Notes: generated from the sequence alone by a model not told the origin. Numbered from the stretch's first letter, positions 40,860 through 53,227 are shown. The stretch: 64,000 nucleotides of DNA from an uncultured Acidobacteriota bacterium (GCA_963742595.1 CAVUMT010000001.1:1767633-1831632), one strand, 5' to 3'. Translations and numbers: made by a program.

Positions 40860-42167
40860 AGAGAGCTCGTCTTGCTCAGGTCGGAATAGAGGACGAGCCC
40901 GACGAGCAGGAAGCATGACCGCGGCCCCCGCGTTCATGATCCACGTCTTGACGGACAGGCTGAAGTCGCGGCGGAGGAGACCCTCGCCGGCGAGGATCGC
41001 GAGGTGGCCGCCGTCGAGGGGGGCCAGCGGGAAGAGGTTCAGGAGCCCGACCTGGAGGCTGATGACCGCGACGAGAAAGACGAGCCGGTCCCATCCCTCG
41101 CGCGCGGCGTCCCCCGAGGCCTGGGCGATGCCCAGCGGGCCCATCATCGTCTTCGGCGAGAGCTGCGCCGTGAGGAGCCGCTTCAGGATGTCGAGGGTCT
41201 GCAGCGTCATGTCCCAGGCCCAGCGGCAGGCCGCGACGAACGCCCCTCCCGGCCCGAATTTCTTGACCACCAGCTTGGGCGCGATCCCGATGCGCGGTCC
41301 CGCCCCGGAATCCTTCGGAGTGACGGAGAGCGTCCGGACGTCGCCGTCGCGCCAGATCTCGACGTCGAGGGGCTTGCCCGCGGCCGCGCCCACGAGGGGC
41401 AGGATGTCGTTGAAGGAGCCGATCGGCTTTGTCCCCGATCTTGAGGATCGCGTCGTCCGCCTTGAAGCCCGCGCCCTCCGCGGGCTGACCCTCGATCACC
41501 TGGCCGATGCGGACGAGCGGGTGGACGCCGATGGAGCCCACCCTTTCCGCGGTTGCGCTCTCCGCGACGACCTCGATCTGGCGCTCCTCGCCTCCTCGGC
41601 GCAGGCGGATCGGGTACTTCCGGCCGGGGCGGACGAGGATCTGGTAGTGCGCTTCCTCCCAGTTCGCGACCGGCTCGCCCTCGATGGCCAGGATCTCGTC
41701 GCCCGTCCGGATCCCCGCCGCCTCCGCGGGTGAGCCGGCGTCCACCGCTCCCACGACGGCCTTCTCGTAGCGGCTGTCGAAGGTCGCGAAGCCGATCATG
41801 TAGAAGACCGTGAGCAGCGAGATGGTGAGGACGGCGTTCATCGCCGGGCCCGCGAGGTAGACGAGGAAGCGCTGCCAGCGGGGGCGGCTCGTGAAGTCGC
41901 GGCCGTCTCCGACGACCACGGCGCTCGTGTCCTCGCTGAGGTGGTCGTCGGGCTCGCCCTCGAGCTTGACGTAGCCGCCCGAGGGGGATGAGCGAGACGC
42001 CGGCAGTCGGTGTCGCCCCACTTGAAGCCGAAGAGGCGCTTGCCGAAGCCGAAGGAGAAGATGAACACCCGCATGCCGAAGGCCTTGGCCGTGATGAGGT
42101 GTCCGAACTCGTGCACGAAGATGATGACGCCGAGCACGAAGACGAAAGCGAGGAGCGTGGTGATCAT
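40860..42167 (-). CDS. rseP: RIP metalloprotease RseP (site-2 protease), frameshifted
   Basis: N-terminal HEFGHLITAKAFGMRV (HExxH). PDZ domains. C-terminal LNLFPLAPLDGGHLAILAGE in a second frame. Confidence 0.75.
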
Positions 42168-42189
42168 AGGGTCTCGGGCTAGATGACTC

Positions 42190-43367
42190 AGGAAATGGCG
42201 CGTGCCACGGAAAGGCGCCGGAGAGCCTCTCGGGATCTCTCGCGCGCCCAGCGCGTCGGCGGCGAGCACGTCCTCGAGCCGCGCGAGCGGCGCGGCGGGA
42301 TGGGCGTCCAGCACCTCCAGGATGGACTCGGGGATGGCGGGGAAGGGGATCCGGCCGTCCAGGAAGGCGGCCACCGCCTCCTCGTTGGCCGCGTTCAGCA
42401 CCGCGGGAGCGGAGCCGCCCGCCTCGAGGGCCGCGTAGGCGAGGCCGAGGCAGGGGAAGCGCTCGCGGTCGGGCGGGTCGAAGTCGAGGCGCAGGGGCCG
42501 CGTGAAGTCCATCCCCGGGATGGCCGCCTCCCAGCGCTCGGGGTGGCTGAGCGCGTACTGGATGGGCAGGCGCATGTCGGTGACGCCGAGCTGGGCGAGC
42601 ACGGTGCCGTCCACGAACTCGACCATGGAGTGGACGACCGACTGCGGGTGGATGAGCACCTCGATGCGGGCGGCGGGAACGCCGAAGAGCCAGCGCGCCT
42701 CGATGACCTCGAGGCCCTTGTTCATGAGGGTCGCGGAGTCGATCGTGATCTTGCGGCCCCATGGTCCAGGTGGGATGGTTGAGCGCCTCGTCGCGGGTGA
42801 TGCGTCGAAGGTCTCGCGCGGCCGGTTGCGGAAGGGGCCGCCGGAGGCGGTGAGCACGAGCCGGCGCACCTCCTCGGGCCCGCGGCCGTCCAGGCACTGG
42901 TGGAGCGCGCAGTGCTCGCTGTCGATGGGCAGGAGCCGGCCCCCCGCGCCCGGGCCTGCGCGATCATGAGCTCGCCCGCCATCACCAGCGTCTCCTTGTT
43001 GGCGAGGGCCACGTCCTTGCCCGCCTCGAGCGCGCGGTAGGTGGGGACGAGGCCGACCGCTCCCACCGCCGAGGCCACCACGATGCGCGGCCTCGGGGTG
43101 GGTGGCGACCTCCACCATCCCCGCCTCGCCGATCGCCGACCCGCAGGCCCGAGAGGTCGACGAGCCGCCCGAGGGCCTCGCGGGCGGGGCCGCGTCGCCA
43201 CGGAGACGACCCGCGGCCGGTGGCGCGCCACCTGCTCGGCCAGGCGCTCCGACGTTCGCTCCCGCGGAGAGGCCAATCACCCGGAAGCGATCGGGAAAGG
43301 CCTCCACGATCCGCAGCACGTTCGTGCCCACGGAGCCGGTGGAGCCGAGGATGGAAAGGCCTTTCAT
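42190..43367 (-). CDS. dxr: 1-deoxy-D-xylulose 5-phosphate reductoisomerase (two frameshifts)
   Basis: [35 protein letters not shown] (shifted frame), C-terminal domain ...[11 protein letters not shown]... Confidence 0.8.
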
Positions 43368-43411
43368 GAGGGGGCTCTAAGCGCGAACGGCCCCGTCGAG
43401 CGGGGCCGCTT

Positions 43412-44267
43412 TCAGCGCACGTACAGAAAGTAATAGTACAGGACCGGCGCGCCGAACAGCAAGCTGTCGAGGCGATCGAGCATCCCCCCGTGGCCGGGGA
43501 AGAGCGCGCCCGAATCCTTGACGCCCGCCCAGCGCTTGAGCAGGCTCTCGTCGAGGTCGCCCACGATCCCGAGCGCCGCGACGGCGACCCCCAGGACGAT
43601 CGCGTGGACGAGCGGCAGGTCGGGCAGGCCGAGGGCCCGAACCGCGAGCGCTCCCACGACGCCGCCCAGCGAGCCCCCCCAGCGCGCCCTCGACCGTCTT
43701 GCCGGGCGAGATCGCGGGGGCGAGCGCGTCGGCGTCCCGACAGGCGTGCCCCACGAAGAAGGCGAGCGTGTCGGAGACCATGATGATGGCGAGGAGCAGG
43801 ACGAGGCGCCAGGCGCCCTTCGGCGACGGGCTCGACGACGAGGAGGGCGGCCATCGTGCCCCCGAGCGCCCCCAGGTAGACGGCTCCGAGCAGCGTGGCC
43901 GCGGCCGCGGGGACTCGCTCTGCCGAACGTCTCCGCGGGCGAGGGTCGGCCACGAACAGCACGAGCAGCGCCAGGGGCCAGAGGGGGCATCCGCACCAGT
44001 CCCGGAATCGCCACTTCCACGAAGATCGCGGCGGCCAGGACGAAGCCCGTGCCGTCGTCATCGGGCGCGAGTCCGCCGCGCCCGCAGGAGCCCGAAGAAC
44101 TCGTAGGCCCAACCAGCGTCACCGCCGCTACCACGCTCCACCCGAGCGCGGGGGGGCCCAGGAAGAGGGCGGCCACGAGCGCGGGCAGGGCGACGACGGC
44201 GGTCGTAACGCGTCGAGCGAGGTTGGCGAGGAATCCGGGCGGGACCCGCGTGACCTCGGGGGTCAAA
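43412..44267 (-). CDS. cdsA: phosphatidate cytidylyltransferase (frameshifted), TTG start overlapping the uppS stop
   Basis: CdsA signature TLAFFVGHA...[12 protein letters not shown] in one frame. C-terminal ...[39 protein letters not shown] in another. Confidence 0.75.
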
Positions 44268-45046
44268 CCGCGGTGATGCCGCCGTAGCGCCGCTCGCGCT
44301 TCTGGTAGTCGGCGATCGCCTGGAGCAGGTGCTGGCGGCGGAAGTCCGGCCAGAGCACGTCCGTGACCCAGATCTCGGCGTAGGCGATCTGCCAGAGCAG
44401 GAAGTTCGAGACCCGCAGCTCGCCGCTCGTGCGGATGAGGAGGTCGGGGTCGGGCTGGCCCGCGGTGTAGAGATACGACGAGATCGTCTCCTCGTCGATG
44501 CTTGTTCGGGTCGCGGCCGTTCGCCACCACGTCGGCGAGGAGCCGGCGCACGGCGTCCGTGATCTCCGCCCGTCCCCCGTAGTTGAGCGCGATGTTGAAG
44601 AGGAGCCCCGTGCTCTCCGCGGTCCTCTCCATGCCCCGCTCCAGCTCCTCCTGCACGTCCCGGGGCAGGTCGTCCATGCGGCCGATGACCTGGAAGCGGA
44701 TGTTGTTCTTCAGGAGGGTGTTGAGCTCCATGCGCAGGTAGTGCTTGAGCAGGCCCATGAGGGTCGTGACCTCGGTCTCGGGCCGCTTCCAGTTCTCGAT
44801 CGAGAAGGCGTAGAGGGTCAGCACCTGCAGACCGAGCCGGGCCGAGGTCTCGACCACGTCGCGCACGGCGTCGATGCCCGCCCGGTGCCCCTCGACCCGG
44901 CGCTTGCGCCGCTGCTTCGCCCAGCGGCCGTTGCCGTCCATGATGATGGCGACGTGCCGCGGAAGGCGGGCGAAGTCGATGGCGCGGAGGAGCGACTGCT
45001 CCTCCGAGCCGGCGGGGACGACGTCCAGCAGGTCCTGCAGGGACAT
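44262..45046 (-). CDS. uppS: undecaprenyl diphosphate synthase (isoprenyl transferase), one frameshift
   Basis: [13 protein letters not shown], ...[13 protein letters not shown]..., C-terminal ...YGGITAV recovered by translating the shifted frame. Confidence 0.8.
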
Positions 45047-45050
45047 TGGG

Positions 45051-45861
45051 CTAGACGGGGGGCATCGTCGCATCGAAAGGCTCAATGGTAGCACCGGGTA
45101 GTCGCACGCGCACGAGGGTGAGGCCGCAGGCGGGCGCGGGGGCGGGCCAGCGCCGGCGGTCGCGGGCTTCGAGCGCCCGCGCCAGATCGTCCACGGTGAG
45201 GGCGCCCCGCCCCACGGCGACGAGGCCACCCACCATGCTGCGCACCATCTTGCGCAGGAAGCCGTCGGCCTCCACCTCGTAGACGAGCGTCCGCTCCCCC
45301 TCGGCTCCGTCGCGTCGTGGCTCGAAACGCGCGGCGGAGCTCGTCACCGTGCGCTCGGTCGTCCTCGCCGATCCTCCCGCCGACGCGAGCGACGCGAAGT
45401 CGTGGCGCCCGACGTAAAGGCTCGAGGCGCCGCACGACCGCGGGCTCGGTCCAGCGACCAGGGCGTGTGCGCCGCGTACGCCGCCGCTGGGGCACGCTGG
45501 ATCCCGCCGGTGTCGAGGACGTAGCGGTAGAGCTTGGAGCGCGCGCTCTTCCGCGCGTGGAACCCCTCGGGGGCGCGGGCGGCGTCGAGCACGCGCACGT
45601 CCTCGGGGAGCAGCCCGTTCAGGGCGCGGGCGAGGTCGTCGGGGCGAAGCTCGCGGGGCAGCTCGAACGAGGCGACCTGGCCCAGCGCGTGGACTCCGGC
45701 GTCGGTGCGTCCCGCCCCCGCCACCGCCACCCGCCCGTTCGCCGCGAGCCGGGCGAGGGCCCTCTCCAGCACCCCCTGCACGGTACGCGCCCCCGGGCCT
45801 GCGACTGCCAGCCCTGGAAGTCCGTGCCGTCGTAGGCGAGGGTGATCCGGTAGAGGGGCAC
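45051..45861 (-). CDS. truA: tRNA pseudouridine(38-40) synthase TruA (about 2 frameshifts)
   Basis: YRITLAYDGTDFQGWQ, GRTDAGVHALGQVASF, C-terminal ...GFLRKMVRSMVGGLV... Confidence 0.75.
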
Positions 45862-45864
45862 GGG

Positions 45865-46420
45865 GCTAGGACGACGCGCGCGATCCCGGCTTCTCCGGCT
45901 TCGCGCCCGTGGCGCAGAGCGGACACGACGACGCCGGCCAGCTCGGGACCTCGAGCGTGAGCAGGCTCCGCTCGCGGCAACCCCAGGTCCACGGCTCCCC
46001 CGCTCCGGTCCACGAGGCTCCCCACGGCCGAGCGCCACGCGCCCCGTGGGCGCGCGACCGCGTCCAGCACCTCGCGGGTCGAGCCTCCGGTGGTGATCAC
46101 GTCCTCCACCACCACCACCGGCTTCGCCCCGGTCGAGCTCGAACCCGCGCCGCAGGATCATCCGCCCGTCCTGACGCTCGGTGAAGAGGCCGCGGCATCC
46201 GAGAGCGCGCGCCACCTCGTGGGCCACGAGGACGCCGCCGAGCGCGGGAGCCACCACCGCCGCGGGCGCGCGCGGGCCGAGGACGGGAAGGAGCGCCGCC
46301 GCGAGATCCTTGCCGAGCGCGTGGCGAGCACCGGATCCATGAGCACGCGCGCGCACTGGAGGTAGCGGGGCGAGTGGAGACCGGAGGAGAGCAGGAAGTG
46401 CCCGTAGAGCAGGGCGCCGC
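45865..46420 (-). CDS. pyrE: orotate phosphoribosyltransferase (frameshifted)
   Basis: PRTase motif [12 protein letters not shown]; upstream ...[20 protein letters not shown]... Start not resolved. Confidence 0.6.
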
Positions 46421-46505
46421 GCTCCTCGAACGATGCGGAGGAGCGTCCCCGTGGCCGTCGGCGTCGCTCACGCGGCGTATCTTACACGCCGGATATACTG
46501 CCCCG

Positions 46506-47274
46506 GTGACGCTGCTCTCCGCGGTCCTCATCACGCAGAACGAGGAAGACAAGCTCGCCGACGCGATGGAGAGCGTGCGCTTCTGCGACGAGATCGTGGT
46601 GGTGGACTCGGGGTCCGACGGACCGCACGCGCGAGGTCGCGCAGGCGGGAGGCGCCCGCGTGCTCGTCAACGCTCCCTGGCCGGGCTTCGTCGCCCAGCG
46701 CAAGTCGCGGTGCGACGCGGCCCGCCACGACTGGGTCCTCGCCCTCGACGCCGACGAGCGGGTGACTCCGGGCCTGCGCGAGGAGATCGAAGGGCAGCGC
46801 GCCCGCGGCTTCGCCCACGCCGGCTACCGCATCCCCCGCGTGGCCTTCTACCTCGGCCGCTGGGTGCGGGGCACGGACTGGTATCCGGACCCGCAGGTCC
46901 GCCTCTTCGACCGGACGCGGGCGCGATGGGAGGGCGACCTCGTCCACGAGTCGGTGCGCGCGCACGGGCACGGTGGGGCGTCTGCACGGCGAGCTCGCTC
47001 CACTACCCCTACGCCGACATCAGCGACCACCTGCGCAAGATCGACCGCTACACGACGCTCTGGGCCCGCCAGTTCTTCGCGGCGGGGCGGCGTACGGGAC
47101 CGCTCGACATGGCCTCGGCCGGGCTCTGGGCCTTCTTCCGGAACTACGTGCTGAAGCGGGGCTTCCTCCTCGGCACTCCCGGGCTCACGATCTCCACCCT
47201 GAACGCCTACTACACGTTCGTCAAGCTCGCCAAGCTGCGCGAGCTCGCGCCAGGTCCGCCCGCTCGCCCGATGA
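46506..47274 (+). CDS. family 2 glycosyltransferase (LPS-core / KdtX-like), frameshifted
   Basis: GTG start. VLITQNEEDKLADAMESVRFCDEIVVVDSGS... DxD region in a second frame, C-terminal TM segment in a third. Confidence 0.6.
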
Positions 47275-48344
47275 GGGTGCTCCACGTGGACACGGCCCGC
47301 ACCTGGCGCGGCGGGCAGAACCAGGTGCTCCTCACGGCGCTCGGACAGGCCGCGCGCGGCCACGAGGTCGTGGTCGCGTGCCGGTCGGGGCGGGGCTCTC
47401 GAGACGCGCGCCCGGGACGAGGGGATCGCGGTGCGGCCGCTGCCGTTCCACGGGGACCTGTGGCCGCCCGCGGTCTGGGGTCTGGCGCGAGCGCTCCGCG
47501 AGGCGCGTCCGGACGTCCTGCAGCTCCACGACCCGCATGCCGTGGGAAGCGGCTGTGGCGGCGGCGCGGATCGCCGGGGTGGCCACCGTGGCCACCCGCC
47601 GCGTCGACTTCCGGTTGCGGGGCCCCCTCTCCCGGGGGAAGTACGGACGCTGCGAGCGCGTGATCGCGGTGAGCCGCGCCATCGCCTCTGTCCTGGAGGC
47701 GGACGGCATCCCCGGCGAGCGCGTCGCGCCTCGTGTACGAGGGCGTCCCCGACCGGGAGCCTCCCGCGGGCGGGGACGAGGCGCTGCGCGCGCTCGGCGT
47801 GCCCGAGGGCGCCCCCGTCGTCGGGAACGTGGCCGCGCTCACCGGCCACAAGGACCACGCGACGCTGCTCGACGCGGCCCAGGTCGTCCTGCGCCGGCGC
47901 CCGGACGTGCGCTTCGTGATCGCGGGAGAGGGACCGCTGCGCGGCGAGCTCGAGTCGCGCGCCCGCGAGCAGGGGCTCGAGGGTCGCGTGATCTTCGCGG
48001 GATTCCGCAGAGACGTCGACCGGCTGCTCCCCGCCTTCTCCGTCTTCTGCCTCTCTTCGCACCTCGAGGGACTGGGAACGAGCCTCCTCGACGCCATGGC
48101 CTTCGGACGGCCGGTGGTGGCGACCGCCGCGGGAGGCATCCCGGAGGCGGTGGAGGACGGCGTGACGGGGATCGTGGTCCCTGTCCGCAACCCGGTGGCG
48201 CTCGGGCAGGCCCTGCTCGACGTGCTCGGCGACGCCGGCCTCCGCCGGCGTCTGGGGAGCGCGGGCCGCGCGCGATTTCTCGAGCGGTTCACGGCGGACC
48301 GGATGGTGGAGGAGACCCTGGACGTCTACCGGGGGACGCGGTGA
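47271..48344 (+). CDS. family 4 glycosyltransferase (frameshifted)
   Basis: MRVLHVDTARTWRGGQNQVLL N-terminus. C-terminal GT4 motifs FAGFRRDVDRLLPAFSVFCLSSHLEGLGTSLLDAMAFGRPVVATAAGGIPE. Confidence 0.65.
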
Positions 48345-49261
48345 GCGTCCACGCGATCTGGAACCCGCGCGCGGGGGTCGCGGCCCGGCGCGCCCTCGAC
48401 GCGCTCCGAAGCGGGGGGTCGCCCTGGAAGGACGCGACCGTTCGCGAGACGACGGCGCCCGGGGACGCCCAGGTCTTCGCGGCGGAAGCGGTGGCGGCGG
48501 GAGCCGAGATCGTCCTGTCCATGGGAGGCGACGGGACCGTGAACGAGACCGCGCGGGGCCTGCTCGGCTCCGACGTGCCCCTCGGGATCGTCCCCGTGGG
48601 CTCCGGCAACGGACTCGCCCGCGCTCTGCGGGTGCCTCTCGACCCCGCGCGCGCGCTCATGGCGCTCGCGGCGGGGGCGCGACGCCGCATGGACGTCGGC
48701 GTCGTGAACGACAAGCCCTTCCTGAACGTGGCGGGCGTGGGCTTCGACGCCGTCGTGGGGTGGGCCTTCCACATGGCGGGCCGCGATGGCGGCCGCCGCG
48801 GCATCCTCACATACCTGCGGATGAGCTTCTCGCTGGTCAGCGCCTTCCGGCCCACTCCCCTCGTCATCGACACGGGGAGCGACCGCCTCGAAGCGAGTCC
48901 CTTCGTTCTCGTCGTCGCCAACGGACCGCAGTACGGGGCGGGCGCCCTCATCAATCCGGGGGCACGGCTGGACGACGGCCGGTTCGAGATCGTGGTGTTC
49001 GACGACGCGCCGCTCCCCGAGATCGCCTGGAACGCGCCGCGGCTCTTCCTGGGGCGTCTCAGCCGCTCGCGCCGCCACCGGCGGCTCGAGGCGAGCCACG
49101 TCGTGATCACGCCCGCGGTCGCGGTCGAGCATCACCGCGACGGCGAGCCGGAGCCCGAGGCGAGCCGGCTCGAGATCGCGCTGCGCCCCCGGGCCCTGAA
49201 CGTCCTCGTGCCGCGGGCGACCGTGCAGGATCCGCAGGGACCGTTCGGGGAAACGGAATGA
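48341..49261 (+). CDS. diacylglycerol kinase catalytic-domain family lipid kinase (YegS/BmrU-like)
   Basis: GTG start overlapping the GT4 stop (GTGA). GGDGTVNE, intact 306 aa. Confidence 0.7.
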   Translation: MSVHAIWNPRAGVAARRALDALRSGGSPWKDATVRETTAPGDAQVFAAEAVAAGAEIVLSMGGDGTVNETARGLLGSDVPLGIVPVGSGNGLARALRVPLDPARALMALAAGARRRMDVGVVNDKPFLNVAGVGFDAVVGWAFHMAGRDGGRRGILTYLRMSFSLVSAFRPTPLVIDTGSDRLEASPFVLVVANGPQYGAGALINPGARLDDGRFEIVVFDDAPLPEIAWNAPRLFLGRLSRSRRHRRLEASHVVITPAVAVEHHRDGEPEPEASRLEIALRPRALNVLVPRATVQDPQGPFGETE

Positions 49262-49282
49262 GCCACGTGTCCGCGGGCCGCT

Positions 49283-49309
49283 CCACTCCTCGACTTCGTC
49301 GAGGAGTGG
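49283..49309. terminator. perfect 12-bp hairpin between convergent genes (no U-tract)
   Basis: ccactcctcgac-ttc-gtcgaggagtgg between the lipid-kinase stop and the dapA-like stop. Confidence 0.4.
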
Positions 49310-50242
49310 CTAGACCGCGCCCTCCGCACGCTCGAGAAGCACGCGGAGCTCGTCGCGCACGGCGGGAGCCGCGGGCAGGAGAGGCGAGCGCACGGAGCCG
49401 CCGCGGCGGCCCGCGAGATCCATCGCGACCTTCAGACCGGCGACGCCGTGCGTCGCGGTGACGGCGACGGCGAGAGGCGAGAGCGCCTCCTGCAGGCGGC
49501 GCGCCCGCGAGTGGTCGCCCGATTCGAACGCGCGGTAGAGCGCGGCCACCGGACGAGGCGCGCAGTTCGCGACGGCGAGGACGCCTCCCGGGGAGCCGAC
49601 GCAGAGGGCGGGATAGAAAACCGGTCCCGAGCCGCACAGCACGGCGAACGACGAGGGGACCGAGGCCACGATCCGGCCCATGAGTCCGAGGTCGCCGCTG
49701 GATTCCTTCATGCCGAGGATCCGGGGATTCGCGGCGAGAGCGGGTGCCAAAGCCACGGGCCAGGCGAGGCCCGTGAAGACCGGGACGGAATAGAGAAGGA
49801 CGGGGATCGGCGAGGCTTCGGCCACGGCCTCGAAATGGCGTCGAAGGGCCTCCACCGACATCTGCGGCTTGTAGTAGCAGGGCGTGAGGACGAGGGCCAT
49901 GTCGACGCCGGCGTCGGCCGCCGTGCGCGTGAACGCGATCGTCCCCCGGGTGCTCTCGAGCCCCGTTCCCGCGAGGAGAACGCGCCGCCCCGCGTGCTTG
50001 CGCGCGGCGCGCAGTAGCGCCACCTTCTCGCTCTCCTCGAGGCTCGCCGCTTCGCCGTTCGAGCCCAGCGCGAGGTAGCCCGCGAGGTCGTTCTCGCCCA
50101 GGGACTCGAGGTTCGCCTCGAACGACGCGAGATCCAGCCCCCCGTCGGGCAGGAATGGGGTGACGAGGGGGGGGATGACGCCGCGAAGGCGTTCCCGCCC
50201 TCCCGCCGTCTCACCCGACGGGGAGGGAGCCGGAGAAGGCAC
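49310..50242 (-). CDS. DapA/NanA (dihydrodipicolinate synthase) family lyase
   Basis: ...VIPPLVTPF...LALGSNGEAASL... Intact 310 aa. Confidence 0.6.
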   Translation of the reverse strand: MPSPAPSPSGETAGGRERLRGVIPPLVTPFLPDGGLDLASFEANLESLGENDLAGYLALGSNGEAASLEESEKVALLRAARKHAGRRVLLAGTGLESTRGTIAFTRTAADAGVDMALVLTPCYYKPQMSVEALRRHFEAVAEASPIPVLLYSVPVFTGLAWPVALAPALAANPRILGMKESSGDLGLMGRIVASVPSSFAVLCGSGPVFYPALCVGSPGGVLAVANCAPRPVAALYRAFESGDHSRARRLQEALSPLAVAVTATHGVAGLKVAMDLAGRRGGSVRSPLLPAAPAVRDELRVLLERAEGAV

Positions 50243-50245
50243 CGG

Positions 50246-50767
50246 TCAGGCGGAGGGGGTCTTCTTGCCCAGCGCCTGCGCCACGCGCCCGATGAGCCGG
50301 ACGTCCTGCTGCGTGAAGGCGTCGCGGAAGTCGCTCCAGACCTCGAGGATGGCCCAGAGCCCGGCGTCCGTCCTCACCGGCGCCACCAAGGCACTCCCGG
50401 TGGCCAGGCCCACTCCCGCCCAGGCCGGCACGGTGGAGACGTCGGAGACGACCGTGGGGTTGGCGCCTTGCGCCGCCTCGGCCAGAGGCCCCGCGCCCGT
50501 CCAGATTCGGTCGGGACCGGTCGGCCTCTCGAGTGCTATGTGAACGGCCAGGTCTTCTCCGTCCGCCACGTAGGCGGTGATCGAGGAGAAGCGCGCGAAG
50601 CGCTTCTTCATGATCTCCACCGCCTGGCGCAGGGACTCCTCGAAGGAGGGCGCCTTCTTGATCGATTCCTCGACCTCTTGCAGCACCTGTTCGCGGCGCT
50701 GCGCGCTCTTGCGCGCGAGGTCCGTCTTCCAGGGCTTGTCTTCCTCGTGAATCGACGTCATGTTCAC
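50246..50767 (-). CDS. GAF domain protein
   Basis: 173 aa, intact. GAF-like fold segments (ITAYVADGEDLAVHIA..., AWAGVGLATGSALVAPV...). Confidence 0.55.
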   Translation of the reverse strand: MNMTSIHEEDKPWKTDLARKSAQRREQVLQEVEESIKKAPSFEESLRQAVEIMKKRFARFSSITAYVADGEDLAVHIALERPTGPDRIWTGAGPLAEAAQGANPTVVSDVSTVPAWAGVGLATGSALVAPVRTDAGLWAILEVWSDFRDAFTQQDVRLIGRVAQALGKKTPSA

Positions 50768-50789
50768 CTCGGAACGATCTCCTTTCCTC

Positions 50790-51518
50790 TCATACGATCG
50801 CGCGCCCCCCGTCCAGCCGGAGGACGTCGCCCGTCGTAAAGCTCGCCCCCACGAGCAGGAACACCACCGCCTCGACCACTTCCGCCGCGCGGCCGAAGCG
50901 CCCTTGCGGGATCCGACGCCGCACCTCCTCGTCCGCCCCCGGGGGGTCCACGACTCCCGGGGCCACCGCGTTCACGCGGATGTCCGGGGCGAGGGCCAGG
51001 GCAAGGCAGCTCGTGGCCATGACGAGAGCCGCCTTCGAGGCGCAGTACGGCAGATACGACTTCCAGGGTCGGAGTCCGCCCACGCTGGCCACGTTCACGA
51101 TGGCGCCCCCGCCGCGACGGCGCATGTGCGGCGCCGCCGCCCGCGAGGCCATGACCGCGGCCTTGACGTTCACGTCGAAGGCCTCGTCGAGGACCTCCTC
51201 CGTCAGCTCCCCGAGCGGTACCTTCCGGAAGACTCCGACGTTGTTCACGAGGTAGTCGAGACCGCCGAGGACGCCGGCCGCCTCGTCCACGAAGCCCGCC
51301 ATCTCGCCGGGCATCCGGGCGTCGGCGGGTCCGATATGGACGCGGCGACCGAGACGCCGGATGGCGTCCGCCTCGTCCTCCGCTCCTCGCCGGCTCTCCC
51401 GATAGGAGAAGGCCACGTCGGCCCCCTCCTCCGCGAGCGCCTTCACCAGCGCCCGACCCAGACCCTTGCCCCCGCCCGTGACGGCCGCGATCCTTCCTCG
51501 GAGCCTCGGCTCATGCAT
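50790..51518 (-). CDS. SDR family short-chain dehydrogenase/reductase
   Basis: TGGGKGLGRAL Rossmann motif. YxxxK (YCASKAAL). NAVAPGVVD. Intact. Confidence 0.75.
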   Translation of the reverse strand: MHEPRLRGRIAAVTGGGKGLGRALVKALAEEGADVAFSYRESRRGAEDEADAIRRLGRRVHIGPADARMPGEMAGFVDEAAGVLGGLDYLVNNVGVFRKVPLGELTEEVLDEAFDVNVKAAVMASRAAAPHMRRRGGGAIVNVASVGGLRPWKSYLPYCASKAALVMATSCLALALAPDIRVNAVAPGVVDPPGADEEVRRRIPQGRFGRAAEVVEAVVFLLVGASFTTGDVLRLDGGRAIV

Positions 51519-51539
51519 GTGTGGGGCAAAACCTTGGGA

Positions 51540-53200
51540 TTATAGCACCACGCCCTCCGGCCTTTGTGTGATGCCCGGCAATAGGCTCATTTCAAACGGC
51601 TTCACTTCTTCGGCGCGGGCCTGAAGTCCAGGTCCTGGTAGTCGAAGCTGAAGTCCGCGAGGGGCGAGACCGCGCGCATGCTGATGCGGTCGATGCTCGC
51701 CATCCGCCTTGAGCGCGAACGTCACGTAGGCCGGCTCGATCAGAGGGTCGCGCCAGTCGACGCGAAACGTGTCGTACTGCCAGTGCGTCAGCACGCCCGT
51801 CATGCCGGGCGTCTGCTTGAAGTCCATCGTCAGCCGGCCGTCGCGGTGAGCGATGACCATCGGCCCGTACCAGGCATCGGCGAACTCGCCGGCGTAGCGC
51901 TCGAGGGGCAGCGACGGGCCGACGCGCGCGGGCGTGCTCGTCTGCTCCTTCAGGAGCGCCACCACCCGCTCGTCGCGCTGACGAACCACCTCCTGCCAGG
52001 CGGCTCCCCAGTCGTAGCGCGGCTGCTCGAGGTAGTGGTCGAGCAGCTCGTAGGCGATGCCCAGCGCGGCTTCCCCGTCTTCGCAGTTGATCATCACCGA
52101 GAAGCCGACGTTCGCGGTCGGGGATCAGCATGATGATCGCCTGCGCGCCGAACACGGCGCCGCTGTGCGTGAGGAGCCGGCGGCCCGCGGTAGTCCCGCT
52201 CCACCCAGCCGAGAGCGTAGCCGTTGAATTGCGGCGTCGCCGCCGCGGTGGGGCCGGGCGAGGGCGAGATGGGCAGGTGCACGCGCGGCGTCCACATCTG
52301 GCGCGACGCCGCTTCGCTGAACAGGCGGCCCGAGCCCTCGGGGAGCGCGCCGCGCGCGAGCTGGATCGCGATCCAGCGGGCCATGTCGTTGGCGCTGGCC
52401 GCGACGCCCCCGGCCGGCGCCGCGTTCTGCGCCCAGCTCGGGATCGAACTCGGCCTGCCCGCTGTCGTCGAGCGCCTGCTGCGTGCCCATGCCGTGCATC
52501 GGGCCGTCGCGGCGCGCGTGCGGCCAGGCGCGGTTCGCCGTCCGGCGGCGGTCGACACGGTCCGAGGTCGCCGTGCGCATGCCCGCGGGGACGAGGACGT
52601 CCTCGCGCACGAAGCGCTCCCAGCTCTTGCCGCTGACCTCTTCGATGAGCTGGCCGGCGACGACGTAGAGCACGTTGTCGTAGGCATAGGCGCTGCGGAA
52701 GCTCGTCGCGGGACGGATGTAGCGAAGGCGCCGCACCGTCTCGGCGCGGCTCAGCGTCGAGCGCGGCACGAACATCAGGTCGCCGGCGCCGAGGCCCAGC
52801 CCGCTGCGATGCACGAGGAGATCGACTACCGTCATCTCGCGCGTGACCCAGGGGTCGTACATCTGGAACCAGGGGATGTGCTTGGTCACCGGGTCGTCCC
52901 ACGCGATCTGGCCGCGATCCACGAGCACGGCCAGGGCGGCGGTCGTGAACGCCTTCCCGACGGAGCCGAGCTGGAAGATCGTGTCCGCGTCGACGGGCGC
53001 CGTCGTCGCCCAGCCGCCGTATGCCGTAGCCGCGCGCCAGGGTCACCCTGCCGCTGCTCCACGATCGTCACGGCGAGGCCCGGAACGCCGACCGCGGTCC
53101 GGATCTGCTCGACGCGCGCGTCGAAGCCCGTCGGGCGGGTCGGCCCGCGCCGCGCCGGCCAGACACCAGGCCGCGGCCGCGAACGTGGCCGCTCTCGACA
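51540..53200 (-). CDS. beta-lactamase/transpeptidase-fold serine hydrolase with C-terminal extension domain (3 or more frameshifts)
   Basis: ATG at complement 53200 with signal MSRAATFAAAAWCLAG. SxxK = SVGK. Middle ...YAYDNVLYVVAGQLIE... C-terminal domain ...WQYDTFRVDWRDPLIEPAYVTFAL... Confidence 0.65.
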
Positions 53201-53227
53201 TCCGCTTTCGACGCACCTGGCCGGCCG